DNA of 64,000 nucleotides from an uncultured Chloroflexota bacterium (GTDB lineage: Bacteria > Chloroflexota > Chloroflexia > Thermomicrobiales > UBA6265), in contig CALGSZ010000158.1 of NCBI GenBank assembly GCA_937901745.1, positions 4,515 through 68,514 on the forward strand, written 5' to 3'. Below are positions 27,236 through 36,061 of this stretch, in pieces (the first letter of the stretch is position 1; the number at the start of each line of letters is the position of its first letter). The notes beneath the pieces are model-generated. The model ran no database searches. It was given only the letters and a program-made list of their open reading frames with translations, and was not told the DNA's origin. The translations under genes and the position numbers were made by a program.

Positions 27236-27694
27236 TCATACAGAGTGCTGAGTGCTGGGTGCTGAGTGCCAAGTGGAGGACGGGGCTGAGCGGGTTGGGT
27301 GCTGAGAGTGGCGAGAAGTTTGGGTGGCGCGGCGTTGGACGGCGGCGCGGAGGCCGCCGATGACGCGGCCGGTTTCGGTTGCCTGACCGTGAAGCCGCTG
27401 GAAGGTGGCTTCGTCGAGGAAGCCGTAATCCCAGGCGGCGTACAGCAGCGAGCGGACCTCCGCGCACGATGCCTTCGCGACCGACAGGACGTGCTCGAAC
27501 TCGGCAGAGCCGTCGCGTTCGAATCCTTCCGCGATGTTGGACATGGATGACACCGCCGCGCGCCGGAGCTGACGCGCGAGGTCGGCGTCCGACCACTGCC
27601 GCCGATCGCTCGTCACCGCGTGAATGGAGCTCACGAGTTCTCTCGCTTTCTGCCAAGCGATGAGATCCTCAAACCGGTCCGTCCCACTTGCCAC
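27236..27694 (-). CDS. four-helix-bundle protein (23S rRNA intervening-sequence protein family, TIGR02436-like)
   Basis: FEDLIAWQKARELV ... LARQLRRAAVSSMSNIAEGFERDGSAEFEHVLSVAKASCAEVRSLL matches the family signature (W-Q-K-A ... Q-x-R-R-A-A-x-S-x-x-x-N-I-A-E-G ... E-F ... A-x-x-S-x-x-E). The C-terminal tail is encoded by the flanking repeats. Confidence 0.85.
   Translation of the reverse strand: MASGTDRFEDLIAWQKARELVSSIHAVTSDRRQWSDADLARQLRRAAVSSMSNIAEGFERDGSAEFEHVLSVAKASCAEVRSLLYAAWDYGFLDEATFQRLHGQATETGRVIGGLRAAVQRRATQTSRHSQHPTRSAPSSTWHSAPSTQHSV
27245..27306. repeat. left flank repeat block: 4 copies of (G)TGCTGAG
   Basis: GTGCTGAG at 27245, 27259 and 27299, and GGCTGAG at 27284. This is the reverse complement of the right-flank block. 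Confidence 0.8.
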
Positions 27695-27713
27695 CCCACT
27701 CCATCACTCAACA

Positions 27714-27756
27714 CTCAGCACGTTCCTCTCAGCACTCAGCACTTGCTCCTCAGCAC
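27714..27756. repeat. right flank repeat block: 4 copies of CTCAGCAC
   Basis: CTCAGCAC at 27714, 27728, 27735 and 27749. They fill the 65-nt spacer between the SDR stop (27760) and the four-helix-bundle start (27694). Confidence 0.8.
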
Positions 27757-27759
27757 TCT

Positions 27760-28563
27760 CTATCCATTGAATAGCGGCGACAGTAGGCCGCCATCGACCC
27801 GGTAGCAGCCGCCCGTGCAGAACGAGGCTTCGTCGCTGGCGAGGAAGAGGACGAGGTTGGCCACCTCCTCCGGCCGGCCGACGCGGCCGATTGGGTGCAT
27901 CTGGCCCCAGGCGCGGATCGCGCCTTCCGGATCGTCGCCGCCGAAGGTGTGGGCCGAGTGCTCCAGCATCGGCGTGCGGATGCTGCCCGGCGCGATGCAG
28001 TTGCAGCGGATGTTTTCGTGCGCGTGGTCGAGCGCGACCGTCGTCGTGAAGCTGACGACGCCGCCCTTCGAGGCCGAGTAGGCGGCGACGGTCTTCTGCG
28101 AGGCGAACGCCTGGACCGACGCGGTGTTGACGATGGCGCCGCCGCCGCGCTTCCGCATCTCCGGGATCGCGTACTTGCAGGTCAGGAACGTGCCCTTGAG
28201 GTTGACGTCGAGCTGGAAATCCCAGTCCTCTTCGGAGAGCTCCTCGACGGTGCCGTACCGCGCCACGCCGGCGTTGTTGTAGAGCACGTCAACGCCGCCA
28301 AAGGTGCGAACGGCGGTGTCGATCAGGTTCTTGACGTCGGCGGCATTGCGAACGTCGCACTTGACGGCGACAGCCTTTCCGCCGGCTTCCTTGATCTGGC
28401 GAACCGTCTCGTTGGCATCCTCTTCGCTAACATCGCCGATGACGACGGAGCCGCCCTCCCGGGCGAAGGCGAGCGCGGCCACGCGCCCGATGCCCTTGCC
28501 GGCGCCGGTGATGACGATCACTTTGTTGACGAACCGTTGGTTGCGGTCGATGCGATCGGTCAT
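27760..28563 (-). CDS. SDR family oxidoreductase
   Basis: TGAGKGIGRVAALAFAREG (TGxxxGxG), NNAG, and catalytic S ... YSASKGGV. Confidence 0.9.
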   Translation of the reverse strand: MTDRIDRNQRFVNKVIVITGAGKGIGRVAALAFAREGGSVVIGDVSEEDANETVRQIKEAGGKAVAVKCDVRNAADVKNLIDTAVRTFGGVDVLYNNAGVARYGTVEELSEEDWDFQLDVNLKGTFLTCKYAIPEMRKRGGGAIVNTASVQAFASQKTVAAYSASKGGVVSFTTTVALDHAHENIRCNCIAPGSIRTPMLEHSAHTFGGDDPEGAIRAWGQMHPIGRVGRPEEVANLVLFLASDEASFCTGGCYRVDGGLLSPLFNG

Positions 28564-28670
28564 GTGCCTCTCCTCGTTGAGTTACTTGCCTCCAAGCCCG
28601 CTCCCTCGCACCTTGGGGAGGGGACGCCTAGCCAAACTCCCTTGCCCCGGCGCGACCGGGGCGAATCGAC

Positions 28671-29594
28671 TCACGACGCCGCGATGCGCGGGTAGTGCAG
28701 CGGCTGGCCGGCGACCGGCATCCGGCCCTTGGCCAAGTGCCAGCGGGAGAGGCTGCCGACGACGAGCGTCTGCCGATCCTCCCCGCAGAAAGCGATGTTC
28801 GTCGGCGTCGCGAACGTCACGCTTTGCCAATCGCTCGCGAGGACGGCCAATTCACCCTCTGGCGTGAGCCGGTAGATGATGTCCGGCGTGTAGCAGCAGA
28901 TGTAGAGATTGTGCTGGACATCGAAGGCCAGGCCGTCCGGCACGTGATACGGCAACTCGACGACCGTCTCGATCTCGCCGAGCGTGCCGTCCGGTTTGAT
29001 CGCGCAGCGGACGACGCCGGGCAGCTGGGAGACGACGACATAGAGCCACGAGCCATTCGGATGTAACGCCATGCCGTTAGGGAAGGCCGAGAGCTCGTCG
29101 GTCAGCAGCACCGTCTCGCCGCCGGGTCTGACCAGGAAGAGGCAGCCGTCGTTGCCATTCCAGGAGCCCGAATCGGAGACGTAGAGGTTGCCCTTGGCGT
29201 CGAAGACTGGGTAGTTGGGCGTGACCATCTTCCGGTTCGGCGCGCCGTCGGAGTAGACGGACGTCTCGCCGCTCGGGGTCACGCGGATGACGGCGTGCCT
29301 GGCCAGGTCGCAGGCGTAGACGTTGTAGTCGGCGTCGAGGCAAAGGCCGAGGGCGAAACCGCCGGTTGTGCCCAGTTGCGTGACGGAGCCGGTAGCAAGA
29401 TCGACGCGATAAACCTGACCGGCCTCGCCGCTCGCGTAGAGCTCGCCCCGCGGTCCGCAGGCAACAGCCTCCGGGTGGTCGAGACCTTCGACGAACGCCG
29501 TGAACTCGGTGATGTCCATCAGGGTTTCGGCCGGGTGGCCCTGCATGATGTTCCAGATCCCGCTGGTCGATCGCGCGGCTGCGGTCTCCTTCAT
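28671..29594 (-). CDS. SMP-30/gluconolactonase/LRE family protein
   Basis: Beta-propeller repeats with the LDHPEAVACGPRGELY, NLYVSD, FPNGMALHPNG and PDGLAFD blocks typical of the family. RBS GGAGGAGGA. Confidence 0.85.
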   Translation of the reverse strand: MKETAAARSTSGIWNIMQGHPAETLMDITEFTAFVEGLDHPEAVACGPRGELYASGEAGQVYRVDLATGSVTQLGTTGGFALGLCLDADYNVYACDLARHAVIRVTPSGETSVYSDGAPNRKMVTPNYPVFDAKGNLYVSDSGSWNGNDGCLFLVRPGGETVLLTDELSAFPNGMALHPNGSWLYVVVSQLPGVVRCAIKPDGTLGEIETVVELPYHVPDGLAFDVQHNLYICCYTPDIIYRLTPEGELAVLASDWQSVTFATPTNIAFCGEDRQTLVVGSLSRWHLAKGRMPVAGQPLHYPRIAAS

Positions 29595-29636
29595 TCCTCC
29601 TCCTCGTTGGTCGCGCCGGCGCGCCTGGCGGCGCCG

Positions 29637-30716
29637 CTACGCCTTGGTCACGACCGTGCCGTCCTTTTCGATGCGCTCGATGCCCTTGGCCGACTCATAG
29701 AAGACGACGCGCAGCTCGGCTTCGGCCGATTCGCCGGGCGCGAGGGTGCGGTGCGTGCCGGTCTTCTCCATCGCGGCGACGAGACCCTGGCCGGGGATGG
29801 TGGTGCCCGGCTCGATTGCCATAACGTAGACGCCCTTGTACCAGGGGAAGCCGGGTGAGGCGTTCATTTCCTGCCAGAACCAGGCGTGGGGAAACGCGGA
29901 CACCGGCCAAACGAGTCCGACGCCGAACCCTAACTCGGTGTTCGTGATTCCGTACCAGGCGGTGTCGCCCTCGTAATCGGCGAAGTAGGCGAGGAGCGCC
30001 CGCGTCTCGTCCGGTCCCGGCACGCGGGAGAGATCGGTGGTGGCGCCGTCGCGCTCGGCCATCGGCCAGGCGTAGCGGGCGCCGGGGGTGACCGGGTTGC
30101 CGGGCGGCTCGTAAAGGTCGTCGGCGATCAGTGTCCGCGCGTTGGTGTCGATACGGCAGGCGCCGGAGAGGAAGGGGGCGCCGAAGGCCGGATGGTGGCC
30201 CCACATGTAGTCCATCGGCTCACCGGCCTCGTTGATGATCCGCTCCCGGAGCGTGAGGACTGGCGCGCCTTTCGTGACGCGCATCGTGCGCTCGATCCGG
30301 AACGGGCTGCGGGCGAGCCGGGTGTGGAACCGGACCTCAGCGGCGGCGTCGTCCTCCTGGACGACCTCGACTTCCCAGGCGATGACCGAGGCTTCGCCGT
30401 GGAAATTGAGCTCGACGCCTTTGTAGACGCACGGGCCGCCGCCGCTCGGGAAGATCTCCTGCCAGCCGCCGCCGTAGGCTTCCAGCCAGGCGACCTGCGA
30501 GTTGGCGGCGGTCTCGACTCCCGCGCCTGGTCGCCGGAGTCCCCAAGGACTCTTCCAGAGGACATCGAGCCCTCGTGGCTTGTAGATCAGCTCGTAGATG
30601 TCCGCTCCCTTGTCGGGCAGCACCGTCGCGGCGATCAGGTCGCTCTCGATCGCGATGGCGCGGTTGCCGCGAGGGAGCATGACTTCCTTGACAGAACACG
30701 GGTGCCGTTCGGTCAC
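29637..30716 (-). CDS. aldose-1-epimerase-superfamily protein (DUF4432-like)
   Basis: LNFHGEAS, MWGHHPAFG and GGWQEIFP blocks resemble mutarotase-like/DUF4432 proteins. GTG at 30716 follows AAGGA; the alternative ATG is at 30680. The ORF-track start at 30848 overlaps the upstream permease gene. Confidence 0.7.
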   Translation of the reverse strand: MTERHPCSVKEVMLPRGNRAIAIESDLIAATVLPDKGADIYELIYKPRGLDVLWKSPWGLRRPGAGVETAANSQVAWLEAYGGGWQEIFPSGGGPCVYKGVELNFHGEASVIAWEVEVVQEDDAAAEVRFHTRLARSPFRIERTMRVTKGAPVLTLRERIINEAGEPMDYMWGHHPAFGAPFLSGACRIDTNARTLIADDLYEPPGNPVTPGARYAWPMAERDGATTDLSRVPGPDETRALLAYFADYEGDTAWYGITNTELGFGVGLVWPVSAFPHAWFWQEMNASPGFPWYKGVYVMAIEPGTTIPGQGLVAAMEKTGTHRTLAPGESAEAELRVVFYESAKGIERIEKDGTVVTKA

Positions 30717-30838
30717 GAAGCCATCCTTTCTTCGACGCGGCGCAGGGGCGCAGAGGCCCTTGCCTCCAGGCGGCACCCTGGTGGGCGTGGGCCAGCGGGG
30801 CGACGAGCGCGATCCCGATCTCGCCCGGCCGACGCCCC

Positions 30839-31864
30839 CTACGTCCAATCACGACTGCGCAGCACAAGCTGCTTTCGCATCCGGTGGTAATAGACCGCCA
30901 TCAACATCAGCACGCCGGTCACGACGAGCTGCTGGGTCGTGTGCACGTTCATGAGTCGCAGCCCTTTGCCGGTCATGCCGAGGATCAGCACGCCGATCAT
31001 GGCGCTGATGAGTCGCCCTTCGCCGCCAGCAAGGCTGACGCCGCCGAGGACGACCGAAGCGATCACGATGAGCTCGAATCCTTGGACGCCCGCGTCGAAG
31101 TAGCCGGTGCTCGTCTGCGAAGCGATCAATAGGCCCGAAAGCGCGGCAAGCGTGCCGGAGATGACGAAGAGCGTGAAGGTGATGCGCCGGACGGGGATGC
31201 CCGAGACGCGGGCGGCCTGCTTGTTGCCGCCGATCGCGTAGATGTTGCGTCCGAACTCGGTGCGGGTCAGCAGGATATAGGCGAGGGCGATGAGCACGAT
31301 CGCGATGACGCCGGGGACGGGAAGCGGGCCGATATCGCCGTTCCAGAGTTTATTGAACGACTTGAAGCCGTTCTCGTCCGTGATCGGCGCTTTGTCGGTG
31401 TAGACGTAGACGAGGCCACGGATCGTGAACATCGAGCCGAGGGTCGTCATCAGGGAGTCCATCCCTTGGACGGTGACGAGGTACCCGTGGATGGCGCCGA
31501 CGATCGGGCCGGTCAAGAGGCCGGCGATGATGCCGAGCCACATGTTGTCCGTCCGATTGAAGACGTCAACCGTCACGACACCGGTTAGGGCGAGCATCGC
31601 GCCGACCGAGAGATCGAGCTGCCCCGCGAGCAGGAGCAGGGTCATGCCGATGCCGGTGAGGAGGTGCGGCGAGGTGTCCCGCAGCAGGTCCGGGTAGATG
31701 CGCGGCTCGCGGGCGCTCGGCTCGAAGATGAGGAAGAAGCCGACGACCAGGGCGAAGAAGAGCACGAGGCTGAGATCTTCATAGCGGGCCGCCCGAGCGA
31801 GGCGCCGCTTCCAGCCCGGAACCGTATCGGAGAGGCGAACGTCTGCCCCTTGTGCTACCGCCAT
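30839..31864 (-). CDS. sugar ABC transporter permease (CUT2, RbsC-like)
   Basis: BPD_transp_2-type membrane protein (LDLSVGAMLALTGV, IYAIGGNKQAARVSGIPV). Confidence 0.9.
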   Translation of the reverse strand: MAVAQGADVRLSDTVPGWKRRLARAARYEDLSLVLFFALVVGFFLIFEPSAREPRIYPDLLRDTSPHLLTGIGMTLLLLAGQLDLSVGAMLALTGVVTVDVFNRTDNMWLGIIAGLLTGPIVGAIHGYLVTVQGMDSLMTTLGSMFTIRGLVYVYTDKAPITDENGFKSFNKLWNGDIGPLPVPGVIAIVLIALAYILLTRTEFGRNIYAIGGNKQAARVSGIPVRRITFTLFVISGTLAALSGLLIASQTSTGYFDAGVQGFELIVIASVVLGGVSLAGGEGRLISAMIGVLILGMTGKGLRLMNVHTTQQLVVTGVLMLMAVYYHRMRKQLVLRSRDWT

Positions 31865-31985
31865 TCCAACGTCCTCGAAAGTGTCTGCATCGCTGAAGGT
31901 GAGACGAGCTTGGTGTCAATGCTCGGCTGGCGCGGGGCGGTGACCGGATTGCCTGTGACGGTGCCCCGGCCGTGGTGAATCACGC

Positions 31986-33599
31986 TCATCCCCGCGCTCC
32001 TGCCGCGCTTGCGGCGCCCTGGTGCGTGCTGGCCGCGGCGTGGTCGCCGTTCGTCGCGACGGCGGCTGCCGCGATGAGGCGCTCGTGCGTTGCCTCGGCG
32101 CGCGTGAACTCGGCGGTGATCCGGCCTTCACGCATCACGAGGATGCGGTCGGAGATGCCGAGGATTTCTGGCACCTCGGTCGACATGAAGAGGATGCCGA
32201 GCCCCCGATGGGCCATCGCGTCGATCAGCCGGTAGATTTCGGCCTTCGAGCCGACGTCAATGCCGCGCGTCGGCTCGCAGAGGATCAAGACTTTTAGGTC
32301 GAGCAGCATCCAGCGCGCCATCAGCACCTTCTGCTGATTGCCGCCGGAGAGGAACCGCACCGGCTGGCGCAGCGATGGCGTCTTGATCGCCAGACGCTTG
32401 ACGTAGTCGGAGGCAGCTCGCGTCTCCTTGCGCGACCGGATCCAGCCGAAGTCGGCGAACCGGCTGAGTGAGGCGAGCGTCATGTTCGTCTTGACCGGCA
32501 GCGGGAGAACGAGACCGTCGTCCTTGCGGCTCTCCGTCAGCAGGCCGAGTCCTTTGCGGATGGCATCGGCCGGGGAGCCGGGGGAAATCTCGACGCCGTC
32601 GAGCTGGACGCTGCCAGAGGTGCGCTCGCTGGCGCCGAAGAGGACGCGGCCCATCGTGTTGATGCCGGCGCCCATCAAGCCGAAGACGCCGACGACCTCG
32701 CCCTCGTGGACCGTAAAGGAGACATCGTGGACGCCACTGCCGCTGACGTTGCGGACCTCGAGCAAGGGCCGGCCGATCTGCGGCGGTGTCTTCGGGAAGA
32801 ACTCCGAGAGCTCGCGGCCGACCATCCAGGCCACGAGGTCGTGCGGCGTCGTCTCCTTGATCGCCTTCGTGACCACGCGCTTGCCGTCCCGGAAGACGGT
32901 AACCCGGTCGGCAATGCGATAGATCTCATCCAGCTTGTGCGAGACGTAGATGATGCCCACGCCGCGCTGGCGGAGTCGCTCGATCACGCCGAACAGGAAC
33001 TCGACCTCAGCCGGGCTCAGCGCCGAGGTCGGCTCGTCCATGATGAGGATCTGCGCCTGGCGAGAGATGGCGCGGGCGATCTCGACGAGCTGTTGCTCGG
33101 CGACGCGAAGCTCGCCGACCGGCCGATCCGGGTCAATGTTGAGGCCGAGATGGCTCAGTACCTCGACCGTCTGCTGCCGCAGCGCCGGCCAGTCGACCAG
33201 GCCACGCGGCGTCTTGGGATAGCCACCGAGGAAGACGTTCTCGGCGACGGAGAGGCCCGGGACGAGGTCGAGCTCTTGATAGACGACCTTGATTCGGCGG
33301 GCGATCGAGTCGGCGGGAGAGCGGAAGTCCACTTCCTCACCGTCGACGCGCATCGTGCCACCGTCGCGCCGGTAGAGGCCCGCGATGATCTTGATCAGCG
33401 TGCTCTTGCCGGCGCCGTTCTCCCCGACGAGCGCGTGGACCTCTCCTGGAAGCAGGTCGAAGTCAACGTCATCGAGCGCGACGACGCCGGGGAAGACTTT
33501 CCGGATGCCGCGCATCTCGAGGAGGGGGCGAGCGCCGTTCGCTCCGAGCTCGGCGCGCGTCTGGGGGCTGGTGGCGTTGGTCGTGGTCTCCGCCATCAT
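31986..33599 (-). CDS. sugar ABC transporter ATP-binding protein (CUT2, RbsA-like, duplicated ATPase)
   Basis: Walker A GENGAGKST, signature LSGGNQQKV, second domain GLMGAGINTM, Walker B ILIMDEPT / LILCEPTRGID. Confidence 0.93.
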   Translation of the reverse strand: MMAETTTNATSPQTRAELGANGARPLLEMRGIRKVFPGVVALDDVDFDLLPGEVHALVGENGAGKSTLIKIIAGLYRRDGGTMRVDGEEVDFRSPADSIARRIKVVYQELDLVPGLSVAENVFLGGYPKTPRGLVDWPALRQQTVEVLSHLGLNIDPDRPVGELRVAEQQLVEIARAISRQAQILIMDEPTSALSPAEVEFLFGVIERLRQRGVGIIYVSHKLDEIYRIADRVTVFRDGKRVVTKAIKETTPHDLVAWMVGRELSEFFPKTPPQIGRPLLEVRNVSGSGVHDVSFTVHEGEVVGVFGLMGAGINTMGRVLFGASERTSGSVQLDGVEISPGSPADAIRKGLGLLTESRKDDGLVLPLPVKTNMTLASLSRFADFGWIRSRKETRAASDYVKRLAIKTPSLRQPVRFLSGGNQQKVLMARWMLLDLKVLILCEPTRGIDVGSKAEIYRLIDAMAHRGLGILFMSTEVPEILGISDRILVMREGRITAEFTRAEATHERLIAAAAVATNGDHAAASTHQGAASAAGARG

Positions 33600-34663
33600 C
33601 AGGCCTCCTCGCGCGTCACGCGCCGGCGAAGCGCGTCAAGGAAGACGGCGATGACGATGACGATGCCGGGAACGGCCGTCTGCCAGTTGGTGTCCCATTT
33701 CAGGAGCGTGATGCCGTTGCTGATCGTGCCGAGCAGGATGGTGGCGAGGAGCGTGCCGATCAGCGTGCCTTTCCCGCCGGCGAGGCTGGCGCCGCCGAGT
33801 AGCACCGCGCCGATGACTTGCAGCTCGAAGCCAAAACCGGCGTTGTTCTGTCCAGAGTTCATGCGCGCGATCAGGATGAACGCGCTGAGGGCGGCCAGCA
33901 TGCTCGTGATGACGAAGCACGCCGTCTTGACCAGGTTGACGGGGATGCCGGAGAGGGCCGCCGCTTTCGGGTTGCCGCCGACCGCGTAGATGTAGCGGCC
34001 GAAGGTGGTGCCGCGTAGGACGAGGAAGAAGATGATGAAGACCGCGGCCATGATGATGACTGGCCAAGGAATGCGGACCGGTTCATCAATGATGGCGCCG
34101 ATGCCGATGGTCCGGAATGCGGGAATCTTGTGCTCGTTTTGCACCGCGGCGTCCGTGCTGGTGTAGGCCGCGCCGCGGACGATTGAAAACATCGCAAGAG
34201 TGACGACGAAGGAGCTGATGCCGAGTCCGAGCGTCAGCCCAGCGTTGATGAGCCCGACGATCGCTCCGACGAGCAGCGCCACGACCAGGCCGACGAAGAG
34301 ATTCTCCGTGGCGTTGAGCGTCTGCATCGCCAGGACGCCGATGAAGGCCTGCATGGAGCCGACCGAGAGATCGACCTCACGGGCGATGATCAGCAGCGTC
34401 ATGCCGATCGCCGTGATGGCGACCATCGAAATCTGGGTCAGGAGGGTGCCGATGTTGCGCTCGGTCCAGAAGACAGGGGACCGATTCGCGAGATAGAGGA
34501 AGAGAGCCACGATGCAGAGGAGGAGGATGCCCTCCTGCGCGGCGAACAGCCGTCGCGCCGCTCCAGCCAGCGGGTTGGCTCGCCGTCCTCCGATTTCGAT
34601 CTCCGCCGTGGTCCTGACGGTCTCCGCGCTCACCTGAGTTGCCTCGATCTCTGCCGTCCTCAC
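33599..34663 (-). CDS. sugar ABC transporter permease (CUT2, RbsC-like)
   Basis: VDLSVGSMQAFIGV and IYAVGGNPKAAALSGIPV. The stop overlaps the ATPase start (TGATG). Confidence 0.9.
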   Translation of the reverse strand: MRTAEIEATQVSAETVRTTAEIEIGGRRANPLAGAARRLFAAQEGILLLCIVALFLYLANRSPVFWTERNIGTLLTQISMVAITAIGMTLLIIAREVDLSVGSMQAFIGVLAMQTLNATENLFVGLVVALLVGAIVGLINAGLTLGLGISSFVVTLAMFSIVRGAAYTSTDAAVQNEHKIPAFRTIGIGAIIDEPVRIPWPVIIMAAVFIIFFLVLRGTTFGRYIYAVGGNPKAAALSGIPVNLVKTACFVITSMLAALSAFILIARMNSGQNNAGFGFELQVIGAVLLGGASLAGGKGTLIGTLLATILLGTISNGITLLKWDTNWQTAVPGIVIVIAVFLDALRRRVTREEA

Positions 34664-34724
34664 CCGGAGACGGGTCGCCCCATTGCCGGTCGTCCGGGGA
34701 GGTGATGCTGGTTCCGTCTAAGCG

Positions 34725-34765
34725 GGTGGGGCTCCCTGCCCCATATAGGGAGCGGGAGCCCCACC
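34725..34765 (-). promoter_or_regulatory. 12-bp perfect intercistronic stem-loop between the SBP and permease genes
   Basis: GGTGGGGCTCCC (34725-34736) pairs with GGGAGCCCCACC (34754-34765), with an extra inner CCC/GGG. It lies directly downstream of the SBP stop on the minus strand. Confidence 0.5.
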
Positions 34766-34775
34766 GAGCTTGCTG

Positions 34776-35891
34776 CTACTTCTCGCCCTCGACCGAGATC
34801 TGTGCGATCGCGTCGAAGTTGGCGGTGTACTCGCCATTCTCGAGCGTGTAGTACTCGGAGAGGTTCTCAGCGGTGACCGGCGTGGACGGCGCGACGACGT
34901 GCGGCGGCAGCTCGACACCGTTGAACGCCGCGACGGCCGCGTCGATCAGGAGCCGGCCCTGATACTCGGGGAACATCGCCGCCGAGACCTTGTACGGGCC
35001 GCCTTCCATCAGCGCGTCCTTGCAGGCCTTGCCCTCGCAGCCGAAGCCGACGACGAGGAGGTTGGAGGTGTCGCCACCGGCCGCCTCGAACGCCTGGAGA
35101 CCGCCGAGCGCCGAGTCGTCGTTGATGCCGAAGATGACGTTGACATCCGGATTGGCCGTCAGCGCGTCGGACGCGACCTTGACCGCCTCATCCTTCAGGC
35201 CCTTGCCGTCGACCGACTGCGCCACGCGAGCGCCATCGCCGAGGACGGAGGTGATGCCGTCGATGAAGCCCTTGGAGCGGTTGACCGTCGTCTGCAGCGC
35301 CGGCAGCCCGATGTCGAGGATCACGGCCTGGCCGCCCAAGTTCTCCTGGACGTACTCGCCGGCCCAGACACCGACCTTGTAGCCAGCGGCATAGTCGTCA
35401 ATCGAGACGAGGGTCGTGCAGCCGCCGGTCGGGGAGGACTCGCAGATGATCGGCTTGCCCGTCTCCTCGGCCAGCCGGGTGATCGTCGCCGCCGAGGGCT
35501 CCTCCTGAACCGGGGTGAAGTTCAGGACGTCGACGTTGCGGATCGCCTCCTCTGCCGCGGCGAGGGACGCCTGGAGGTCGAGGTTCGCGTCGACCTGCTC
35601 GAACTGAATGCCGTACTCCTCAGCGCGAACGGCCTCGCCCTTGGTCAGGTTCTGATACCACTCGTGGACGCCGTAGTTGGTGACGTGCGTGATCCGGGCC
35701 GGGATCGTCCAGCCCTCGGGCAGGTTCTGCGGATCCATCGAGCGGACCGTCTGGTCGCCCGGATGGGGAGTCGCTGCCGGCGTGGCGTCCTGCGCGAGGA
35801 CGATCGCCGGAGTGAGCATCAGCATCGCCGTCAGGACGACGGCAAGCCGACCGATCCGGCCAAGGAGCGGATGTTCGGTGCTTCCCTTCAC
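34776..35891 (-). CDS. sugar ABC transporter substrate-binding protein (CUT2, RbsB-like periplasmic binding protein)
   Basis: GTG at 35891 follows GAGGAGAGGAGAGGAA. Signal peptide LLGRIGRLAVVLTAMLMLTPAIVLAQD. Peripla_BP-type blocks (VNVIFGINDDSALGGLQAFEAAG). Confidence 0.88.
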   Translation of the reverse strand: MKGSTEHPLLGRIGRLAVVLTAMLMLTPAIVLAQDATPAATPHPGDQTVRSMDPQNLPEGWTIPARITHVTNYGVHEWYQNLTKGEAVRAEEYGIQFEQVDANLDLQASLAAAEEAIRNVDVLNFTPVQEEPSAATITRLAEETGKPIICESSPTGGCTTLVSIDDYAAGYKVGVWAGEYVQENLGGQAVILDIGLPALQTTVNRSKGFIDGITSVLGDGARVAQSVDGKGLKDEAVKVASDALTANPDVNVIFGINDDSALGGLQAFEAAGGDTSNLLVVGFGCEGKACKDALMEGGPYKVSAAMFPEYQGRLLIDAAVAAFNGVELPPHVVAPSTPVTAENLSEYYTLENGEYTANFDAIAQISVEGEK

Positions 35892-36061
35892 GGTTCCTCT
35901 CCTCTCCTCAAGTCGCTTGGCCACGGTGATCTGGGCATGGTAGCCGGTTCCGGCTGGCCTTGCGACGGTGAACGTGTACGCTTTGCGAGATCACATCGTC
36001 TGAAAGGCGCGTTCCGACGTCCTCGGCGGAGCCACCTCCTTTCCGGGGGAGCGTGTTGCCC

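Noticed and set aside
27225-27656. N-terminal extension of the CaiB ORF (ORF-track call 26037-27656)
   Set aside because: It overlaps the four-helix-bundle gene in another frame and is Arg/Pro-rich. The ATG at 27224 with AGGAGC gives the conserved family III N-terminus.
27245-27756. Possible CRISPR-like array, because of the repeated GTGCTGAG/CTCAGCAC units
   Set aside because: The units are only 8 nt long, irregularly spaced (some overlapping) and arranged as two mutually complementary blocks around a gene. There are no spacers of uniform size and no cas genes in the window.
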